A DNA stretch of 64,000 nucleotides from Trichosphaerium sp. ATCC 40318. Taxonomy: Eukaryota; Protista; Tubulinea. The DNA lies in the NCBI GenBank assembly GCA_038496445.1, contig JALMLS010000370.1, forward strand, positions 186,001-250,000. The letters are read 5' to 3'. The notes under the pieces were generated by a model that was not told where the DNA came from, did no database searches, and saw nothing but the letters and a program-made list of their open reading frames with translations. The position numbers were made by a program, and so were the translations under genes. Positions 38,448 to 48,302 of the stretch are shown in pieces (within the stretch, counting starts at the first letter, position 1; the number at the start of each line of letters is the position of its first letter).

Positions 38448-38774
38448 ATGCAATATTTGACACTCCTCGCACTCGCTCTACTAGCTCTCATTGCCATTAG
38501 CTTGGTACGTTTTTTTATACTTTTTTACTTAATGTGGTTATCACACTCGATATCTGACTTCTTGACGCAGGCACAAGATGATCCTGATCCAACACGTGAT
38601 CCAACTCGCGATCCTATGCCTAGACCATGTGTACGCCGCTGCATCCGCAGAGGTCGTAAGTGTGTCGCAGATGGCGAAGTCGAACCTGAAGTTTGCAGGA
38701 GACGTACTCGCGCATGTATTGAAAGATGTAGAAACGGTCCTACCGATGACCCAACCGATGACCCATCAGTTTAA
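38448..38774 (+). CDS. Small secreted cysteine/arginine-rich peptide precursor (86 aa after removing intron 38505-38570)
   Basis: Hydrophobic signal MQYLTLLALALLALIAISLA; in-frame GTACGT..GCAG intron; core CVRRCIRRGRKCVADGEVEPEVCRRRTRACIERC flanked by DPT repeats. Confidence 0.8.
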   Translation: MQYLTLLALALLALIAISLVRFFILFYLMWLSHSISDFLTQAQDDPDPTRDPTRDPMPRPCVRRCIRRGRKCVADGEVEPEVCRRRTRACIERCRNGPTDDPTDDPSV

Positions 38775-39669
38775 ACGTCAGTTTAACGCTTTGTTCCAAT
38801 AAACTCACCACTGCTTACGTACTCTATGTGTTAGAATTACGATCTTTTCAAAACACAAAGCAGTGAAGCGCCATTTGTTTTATCTGTTTATGCCTTTTCT
38901 ATTTTTTGATTGTCTTTTCGGATTATCACCACATCCCATTATAACATACACAGCAACAAAACTTGAAATCAAGCGGAGCTAGTCACGTGATGCATGGTTA
39001 CCTCGAAGGGTTATTTGTTTGTTGGCTATAATCGGCGTTGCACTTACAACGTTTCTGAGAATTTGTTTTGTGAGGTGCTACAGCTACTGAAAAACGTTAT
39101 GTTAGCCCAATTTAAAAGTAGCAGAGTTGTGGAGATACACAGGTTTAGGGAACGTCATAGACTTCCTGACAGTGCAGAACTTCTGCCTATTTTTCATAGT
39201 AGAAAATTCAGATAGTAGTCAGCTAGTTTTTGTGAACTGTCTCGCCAACAGCACAGATAGGGCCTACTTTGTTTTGTAACAGCAGTGCATAGTTCACGTG
39301 CTTGTGTTACTAATTAAGAAATAACAGACTTAGCGAAAGTTTGTTGCACTTCAAAGCCGTACTTGTTTTTTGTTTATAATGCGTCACAATAGGTGTCTTT
39401 AAAAAAATGGTTTTCACTCACCGAAATGTCAGTCACGGAAATTCCGTTGTTGCTGAGTTGGCTACATTATGTTGTAATTACGTACCGTGTGATGCCTTTT
39501 TGTCAGGTTTAGATTCATGCACAGTGGGGTTTATGCTACAGCAAGGGTAACGTATGATGTACACCATTTATCGCGTCGAGGCACGGTTTTATCCACTATT
39601 TGAGCAATATAAGTCAGAAATGTGTGTAAATCCGCTAAAACCGTGCAGCACAGTCAAGAATATACGCAG

Positions 39670-41721
39670 CCGGTAAATTAAAGAAGCCTCATGACGTTAG
39701 AACAGACTACGAAAAATGTCGCGTTAAATTCGATACAGCGGGCAAATCGGTATTCCCTAACTTCCCTTGCATACTCCTTTGACTAGTTACGTAGCTAAAC
39801 ATCGGATCCTTCACAGACTGGTACGACGTCACATGGAAACAAGCAGCTGAGCATGGATTGGCTTCTGTGCTCGAATGGTACGCATATACAATTGATGTCC
39901 TTCTCTTGACAAGGTGCCAAACAGGTTTAATAACTCACTGAGCCTTGCACTCTCTTGTACATACCCAGAGTTCACTTGGAGAGGTGATAAGTTTAGGTAA
40001 GGGCTTTGACACGTGACACATTGTTTTTGTTTGTTAACTTTCAATTAAAATGATAGAATGTCACCTATCGGTTATTGGCTTGATGTAAGTAAGCAACGTG
40101 TAAAAATGGATGAGATAGCTCAACAAATATCTATAAAGACTTATGGGGATTGGTATAGTGCCAGGTGGCAATCATTGGTTGATAACGGCGGTGGTACTAT
40201 TTTGAGCATGTACGATTTTGCAGTTTTAAGGCTTTTTGTTGATAAGCTCCTTTAAAGTCACCACTGGCTGCTATACTACGCTCTTGATACAATCTAAAAT
40301 ATTTTAATAGGCACAACGATTCTATACCTATATTACTGAGCTCTGTATACCCAGAATACAACTGGCTAGCTTGGAAATTTGGGTAATTTTAATTGCAACT
40401 GATTGTTTTTAAACCACTTGATACTTATACTTTTTAGTCGTGCACCTAAAAAATACTGGGCCTCTTTAGAAAATAGACGTGCATGCTTTGAAGATATGGC
40501 TTTTAATTTGAATATAAAGACAACTTGCGATTGGCATAAATTTTCATGGAAGGAGCTTTGTGACAGGTATCCTCTTGGCACTCTTACACTAAGGTAAAAT
40601 AACTTGCTAATTAAAAAAATAACTATGCCACTAATTATGTGTGTCATTTGACTTGTTGTTATAGCTATACGAATATTTATTATGCATTGAAGGCTGTATA
40701 CCCAGAAAGGGAATGGGATATGATGATGTTTAGGTAATGTTTCTTGGATTCTTTTGTTTGACCTTTTGAAAACTAGGCGTGATTTTAATGTTTATAAGCT
40801 TGCCAAAAGCTTGCATACACACAGAAGTAGACAAATGAGACTTTTTAATAAACCTACATTGTACGCAACCATGATAATGATCTGGCCTTGTGCTAACTCT
40901 AATCTGTTTATTAGAAAGAAGAAAAGAGCACATACTCTTAAACAGAACTTAACAGAAACTGTTATTAAAAACCAACGTCTTGTTTTTAACGATGTTGCAG
41001 CAAATCTATCAATCAAAACAATGGATTTATGGCCATCTGTAACTAAACTAGATTTACATGGAGCGCTGTATGTTGTCAACGAGTACGTTAAAAAAAAATT
41101 AGCTTAAAAATAGTTAAAAAGCTTTGCAACATAATACCTGGCCATCACCAACTGATATTCTCTTTTTTAGATTTTATGCTGGTTCTACTTTCACTGCTCT
41201 ATCTAATATATATCCTAATTATCGATGGGACCCAGATTTATTTCCGTACGGCGGTTTTTTTGAAAACAAGAAAATTACGAGATTTTTTTTTTGTATTCTG
41301 ATTTGTTTTGGTTCTTCAGGAGTGATTCAAAGAATCCAATCGGTTATTGGCAACAAGAAAGTACTGTTCAACAATTTTTAAAAAGTGTAGCTACAGTACT
41401 TGATATTACACAGCCTCATATGTGGTAAGTGTTTTCTACAGTTTCTATGATTTTGACAGTCGGCAATTAGGACCAGAGTGTCTACAACAGAATTGTCCAA
41501 CCTTGGCGGATCAGGCCTTGTAAGATACTGGCCTACACTTTTACGTGATCTAGTACCACGTAACTACATAATGAATACAAAATCGTCGCATATACGAGCG
41601 AAACAAAGGTGCTGTGGTGATTTTTACTGAAATGAAAGAAAAAAAAATCTTATTTTTTTGTAGGGTACTAGTACGTTGTGCAAAGGATATGTTTCCCAAG
41701 GCGAATTTTTTGAGTTGTTAG
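39670..41721 (+). CDS. Trp-rich helical repeat protein (copy C) lacking the nuclease domain
   Basis: Repeats GYWLDVSKQRVKMDEIA..GDWYS..GGGTIL..LSSVYPEYNW and KKYWASLENRRACFEDMA..DWH. Ends AKQR-VLVRCAKDMFPKANFLSC*. Start approximate. Confidence 0.7.
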
Positions 41722-41829
41722 AGTAAAACAACATGTAAAATAAAAAATAAACATTACTAGAAACACGTGATTTAGAACTTTGTCATTGTATTAATGGTTA
41801 TAAGTTTACATTTGTGGTGCATCTGGTAC

Positions 41830-44592
41830 TTAATGCCAAATATTTCTTCCCGCCGTATCCCCCTCGCTTGACAACTCATCATCACTTGATAATTCAGTAT
41901 CATTACCTTCTGTAGTGCTTGAGGTATTAGTACGAGGTAACGAAGAGTCTCTCTCCGAAGCTGCTTTAGCGAGTGTTTCAGTCTGTTGGTTTTTCCGGGT
42001 TTTACTTGGCGTTTTCCGTGGAGCCTTTGGAGTGGTCGTAGTCTCGTTTTTGCGAGTTTTACTTGGGGTTTTTCGTGGAGCCTGTGCAGACATTGGTTTC
42101 TTTTTGAGATAGAGTACATAACGAGGAAGTACTTGAGAATCTAAAAAAAATCATCAAAAGTTTGCTCATAGTATTGCAACAACAAATACCTTGAGCTACT
42201 ACAATCTCATCAACAACAGGCTTCGAAGGGTCATAATTTCTAAGAGGCAATCCTTTGTGGTTAACTAGGTATAACAAGAGTTAAGATCGAACATTCTCGA
42301 TTTATTCTTAGTTTTTCGTACCTAAGACATAGTTTGATTGATAACCTGCCTTTATTGGTTGACCGTGAAGTGAAGGGAGGTTAGATTGGTTGCCCGAAGT
42401 CTTGCTACTTCGCCTAGCGGGTAATTCTTCTTTGAGTTTTTTAACACTCTGTTCAATGTTGTCAATATGCTCCTTTGCAGATTCTGTAAGTCTCTTCTCA
42501 CGAAGGTCCTCAGTGCATTTCTGTATCTTATCAAGAGGCCCTTCTCGTGCACCGAAAGGATTTTCAATAACTGGGTATACATTACCAAGAGCGACGTAGC
42601 ATAGCAACACTATTTTAGGGTCTTCTTTGGAATACATAGCGGAGTACTGAACATTCGAAGTAAAACTAGGACACAAACATTAACAAATTATTTTGCTAAA
42701 TAATATCACGCACTATATGCCATGCCCATACCAACCAGCATCTACATGTTATGAGTACGTTAACCCTTTTGATCATTAGGTCGTACCTCTGTTCACAACT
42801 GTTCCAAAGCCTCCAGAGCATATGGGAGCTATTCCTGCTTCACATGTTCCATGTAATGCTGGGACAACCCAAACAGGGGAATCGTAAAAAGGCTGTCTAG
42901 CACTGAAGGTATCCACATATTTGTTCATACAATCATAAACAACACTGCGCTCTTTTGATGCCATTGATTCCCTCCAATCTGTCTTTTTAAAGAATTGAGG
43001 CGCTGACCTTTAAAAACAAACACGTGAGCTTAACTTGGAATCTGTGGCTTCCACTAAAGCGCTACTAGTGAGTTGTTTTAACGTACTCATGACGGCCTTC
43101 AAGTGTCTTTATATAGTTTGTAAAATTAGCAGCCAATACTGGATTATCAATAACAGATATTTTCTCAATGCTGTACTTTTCATTTGCTCCAAACTTGTAA
43201 AAAAGTCGGTTCACTCTAAAAGAAGTATTTCAACTGACGCCTTGTGTATTAATGTAAACAAACCTAGTAACCTCCATAGCACTTATTGGTGTATCTCTAA
43301 TTATAAAGTTAACAAGCTGAATACTATAAAACTCAGCTCCTCTACCTGTTGTGATAGCTCCATGTAATACTTCGCAGTCTATAATCTGTTGACCTTGGTA
43401 AAATACCAGAGTAAAATCGTTCCCTTTTTGGATGACGTCAGCTATGTAAATAGAAAGAATTACTCCTCTAAACTTACCAGCCTGCTTGATACATGAGTGT
43501 TTCGTCCATTGCCCAGAACTCGTTGCGTATGGCTACAATCAAGGCTCAGAAGTTGCCGACCAAATTCAGTAAAAAGAATCAAACCTGGCTCTTGTTCTAT
43601 ACGAGCTGCAAGCTTCTCATTTAGTTTCCATCTCTCTTGTGCCCATTTAGTTTGTAGAAGCCATTTGAATACATGCATGTGACCCTTATATAAAAGCTTA
43701 GTGAAAAAATGATAATAAGACTTTCACGTTAATTCTCCATTTCATAATTCAGTTTGGGTATGTCGAACTTTCGACTTTGTGTACTTTCCTCAGTACAAAA
43801 TGAAAACTTTAACGTACTTGATCTAGAGCTAGTAACAGAGTCGATGAATAAGCAGGTGCATTAGCACGTTGTAATTCTTTTATGATACTAAGGTGACCTC
43901 AAAAATAAAATTAGCTAATGTCTAAATTTAGCTGTCTATTATTATTAAGTACCATGCTTCACAGCAATCTTTAAAGGATACATCTGCTGTTTATTTTCTA
44001 CCCTCAAACTTGCCCTGGTGCGTACCAAAATTTGTACTGAATCAAGCATTCCCAACCGACAAGCAATTCCAATAATGGTGTCTCCTAAAAACAGATTTTA
44101 ACCAATCTGTTCACACTATTATTTACTTCGCTAGCATACCTGTTTTCTTGGTTTGGATATTCAAATCTATTGATGGTATCTCAACAAACATGCACAGAAT
44201 ACGAGGCATTAACAGATAACGCATAAGGTCTTTTGTGCACAAAAAGTCCAGAAAGTCGCTTCTAAAATACAAGCCAAGTCACTCTCACGATCATTACGGT
44301 AATGGACGTACGACCAGTATATCTTGAATAACATCTACAATCAATTTCCCCAGCGTACGATCCTTAACTGTGATGGGTGTCTTAGTTCCTAAATTTAAAC
44401 CGAATATTAACTGCTTCAGAAGCTCTGTGTCTTGTCGGTTTATACATTTAAGTACGAGCTCATCCTAAACAGAGTAGGTTAAGAAGAAAGCGTAATTAGG
44501 CGTGTTGGTAACGACTTTACCCAATTCGCTATAATCTTTACTCGCTCTCCACTTGACACCCACTCCGCCACTATTTGTCGCACTAGCGGCAT
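41830..44592 (-). CDS. Ankyrin-repeat protein with PARP-like (H-Y-E) ADP-ribosyltransferase domain
   Basis: Ankyrin: GDTIIGIACRLGMLDSVQILV, YPLKIAVKHG, GTILLWY. ART: LHGT..ICSGGF..DAGWYGHGIYFTS..Y..LCYVALGNVYPV..GYQSNY..DEIVV..SQVLPRYVL. Confidence 0.8.
41990..42085 (-). repeat. Imperfect duplicated coding unit (APRKTPSKTRKN x2) in the ART C-terminal tail
   Basis: GTTTTACTTGGCGTTTTCCGTGGAGCCT and GTTTTACTTGGGGTTTTTCGTGGAGCCT, 57 nt apart. Confidence 0.8.
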
Positions 44593-44778
44593 GTTACTGT
44601 TAGGAAGGCCCACTTTATAGCTATCACGTTTCTAGATGAATTAATAGGTTACCACAGCAATAAAAACGCAACTGATCGCCTCATTGATAATAGATGCAAC
44701 GTTTGGTACACGTGACAAAATTTAAGTACATACTACTTAAATACTTTTATTTACTTATCAAGTTGTTTACAAATTACC

Positions 44779-45854
44779 TTATAGGAAAGGCGTATTCTTC
44801 AGTACAGAATACAGCGAAGATTCCTGAGCGTAGCATCTTTGAGAAAACCTTAGAAGCTCTTTTTTGTCATCTTCTGTTAGTCCAGATTCTTTCTTTACAG
44901 CTATATTGCGGACCATCCACCCAACTGCAACAATATCTTGTCGTATGCCATGACTCTTTCTAGCCAAATCATATCGATCATGCAGTGTTGCTTTATCGAA
45001 ATTAGACAGTTTAATATCACCTTCAAACGTGACCAAGAAACTAGATTGTTTTACATCTCCATGAGTAACGTTAGAATTATGTAGTGCCCTAAGAGCCTTA
45101 AGAGCGCTCAGAACAATGAGAGCTACAATCTCAAGCGAAAAGTAGTTCATCTGTGCAACGCTAATATTGGCTCTTGGATAAACAACACAAACGCCAAGAG
45201 ATGTACGAGGTAAGATAGCCAGAACATTCATAATATATTTGCAATTCATTGCACGTTGTATTTCAGCACCTTGATGGAATGACACTTGGAATTTACGCTT
45301 GTCTCCGAGTGATACACCCTGTTTTGTAGACTTTGCACACTTCACGGCAATTTTTGTTCTTGTTGGCCAATGCATCCCTTTAAATACCTTTCCGTTGGTT
45401 CCATAGCCCATACGAGCACTAGAAATACACGAGTACTCTTTTGAATATAATACCAAGCACCCATTGACATGCAGTAGTATCTTAGTACAACGTAAAGCAA
45501 AAGCTGTGGCCATTGTAGTGAGTACGACTGGTTTGTAATGGAACTTGTTAAGCTCTGTAAGTATTTTTAGTAGCACTGTCGGGTAATCCTGCCGTAAGTC
45601 TGTACGTTGTTGTGCTATTGAAGCACTGGAGATTGCTAGCGCTTTGTTTAGTCCTTCCAGTCAACACTAGCGTAGTTCACTAGCAAAAGAAGTAAAAAAT
45701 TGTTGGATTTTGCAAGCCTAAAACTGATGATAAACGGCAAAGTGATTTTCAGTGCACCAACATTACACTTCGTTGCAATCGAATTGGGGTTTTTTGAGTA
45801 ATACTTACATACTAGGAGTGCTTCTAATAGAGCTTTAGCTGTTGAGCAGCTCAT
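44779..45854 (-). CDS. Protein kinase-like protein, probable pseudokinase
   Basis: GYGTNGKV, IAVK, HGDVKQSS and KLSNFD in place of DFG; C-lobe shortened. 5' exon uncertain. Confidence 0.7.
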
Positions 45855-46015
45855 TTAGTGAATTAGACAGATACTTAACAAGTGTAATTTCCTTCCTCCT
45901 ACGATTTCATTCCGTCTTTGGGATGAGGTAATCAGCCATGAAAAAAGATCAAAAGCACAGAGTATATTTAAATCTAACTGGGACATTTATTGATTTGGTT
46001 CACACGTGCTTGCGT

Positions 46016-47555
46016 TTACATCATTAATACAGCGATTAGCGCAATTAATAGCAAACTCACGACTTCCCTAACGCCACCGTTTGTCGATCCAGTGATACTG
46101 GAAACTTTATTTTGTTCACCAGAACTTACTGTACCAACCTTAACAGCCTCATATCTATTCAAGCAAATCAATATTGATTGGAAAAAGAACAGAAATAGAA
46201 AAAACTCAAACACGCACTTTGTTACAGTAGCCATATCCTCATCATAAGTTACAGAGAACTCATCATTTTGTCTGTCAAGAACAAGTGTAGTTTTTTCAAC
46301 GGTTTGACGTTTTCTAGGACCTTGACCAGGATCCACAGTAAAGACTCCCAAGTCAAGGATAATCTCAAGGATACATTCCAAAGTGACATCAATACATACT
46401 TCGAAATCCTCACAAAGACAAACCTTTGACTATATCACGTGTTTAGTGATGGGTTTGTTTCAAAAAAAGATTCTCTCAACTTACTGTAGAACAAACATCT
46501 GTACAGTCACAAACTTGATTAGCGCAGTCACACGCATGCTCAGCGCCTAAGTCTCCAACACCACATCCACAAAGACCAGGTTCTGTCTTGTCTGGGTCCT
46601 CAGGACACAAATCTTCACAGTCTGGTGAGCCGTCTCCGTCAGTATCCATCTCAGAGGAACCACAACCGCAAACGCCAGGTGTGAGTTTGTTACAGTCATT
46701 TGGACACTCGTCGCAAATGAATGAGAATCCACTAATGGCGAAAGAACTGCTTGCAGTAACAAGAGCACGCTAAGAAGACGGGTGAGAAAAACCAACCGAA
46801 AAAAACAAAACCGTACTGTGACGTTATCTTGGTTAATGTCTACTCTTTGGAACGAGTTGTCTCCTGGATCCTGAGCGAAATTAATGATAAAAGGGGAGCG
46901 AGTTTGTTACTAGCGTACAATAGCATTGGTTGAGGATAACTTTACATCATCTGCATTAAACGTTTGTATTTTCCAATTCTCCATATCAATATCGAGGACA
47001 TCCATACTCAATAAACTAATAGGCTGTGCGAAAACAAACTCTATGGTACCACCAGCCTAAGTAAAACAATTTAACGATTCGTCCCTGTAAATAATCACGT
47101 GATGCGTACTGCTGAGTCGTCTGGAACTGCACTGCTTCCGTCTTCAGAGAGAATCAATACATTACCCAAAGCAGCCCTTTACAAAAAAACCCAGTTAGCA
47201 CATTTTATTTTGAATTGACAAAAAGCTATCGGCTAGTAACGTACATATTCGTGTCAGCACCACCATCACCAACACCAGGACCTCCAGATGCTTCATTAGG
47301 GGTACCCAAATCTTCATCGCCTGGGCTAGGATTGCTGCTATCAAAAAGCATCGCTGGTTGGCTAGGAGAGTCGCCAGATACCCCTGTAATAGTCACGCCA
47401 ATAGGAAGGTTCTCAAATTGGTTTGTAATGATAGTTCCAGGCGCTAGTGCGTTTCCATCTGCGTCTTGTTCAAAGTCTACAGTAATTTCGTCTGTTGTAG
47501 GGCATTGAGCGATAGCTAGCGCGAGCAAAAGTGAGAATAGCACTGCATAAAACAT
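46016..47555 (-). CDS. Secreted/surface-anchored protein with Ca-binding TSP type-3-like Cys/Asp repeats and hydrophobic C-terminus
   Basis: Signal peptide MFYAVLFSLLLALAIA; repeats CDECPNDCNKLTPGVCGCG..DTDGDGSPDCEDLCPEDPDKTEPGLCGCG; terminal VVSLLLIALIAVLMM (GPI-signal-like). Confidence 0.75.
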
Positions 47556-48302
47556 CTTCTATATTTAAATTTAGTCTGTTGTATACAATAGATGTATAGT
47601 ACGGCAAAGAACTAATTATTATGTCGTGCTTCGTCGTTAGTTGTTGTGGTTTGTCAATGGGTTTTTAACTGGGTTCTGAAAATGTGAAACAACAAGTTTG
47701 GGTTAATAGATTCGAAGGGCGCTTTGATTGGCTATCATACAACCAAACGTTTTGGAAATAAAAAAAATCACGTGGTACGCAAGCAATACTCCGCACGCTA
47801 GAAGCCAAGTTTAATTTGTTATCACTGCTTATAGACAAGAATGTTACTTACAATCTCAATTTGACACGCGCACAAATTAATTGCTATGAAACATTCACCA
47901 TTGCAAAATAAGTTGCCGCTGTATTATGGCATTTTACGGACTTGTCGTCTTATCAGTCACTAGTAGCTTTCCAGTTGCCCCCTGCTCGCCTGCTTGTGGA
48001 TCCTTTTTAAGTTGGTACGCCTACATTGACAGAATACCTCTGTAGCCTTGTATTTTCGGCTTATCATAAATGTTTACGCCCTGCAAAGCGACTTTAATAG
48101 CTTCTTTTGGACAAACGAAAGAGGTAAACAAAAAAAGGATAAAAAGTTGCACTCTTGTCTTACGCATTAGGCCTGGTTGTATGGTATTAAAATGCCTAAA
48201 GTAGCATTGTATTAAGTTGATTAGAATACCTTTGCTTTTTATCGATTTAAGCCAGGACTCATTAAACACTGTCACTAGCACCACGCGATATTGTTATGTA
48301 CA

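Noticed and set aside
38505-38570. Apparent second hydrophobic segment (VRFFILFYLMWL) in the peptide ORF
   Set aside because: It is a 66-nt in-frame intron (GTACGT..CTGAC..GCAG).
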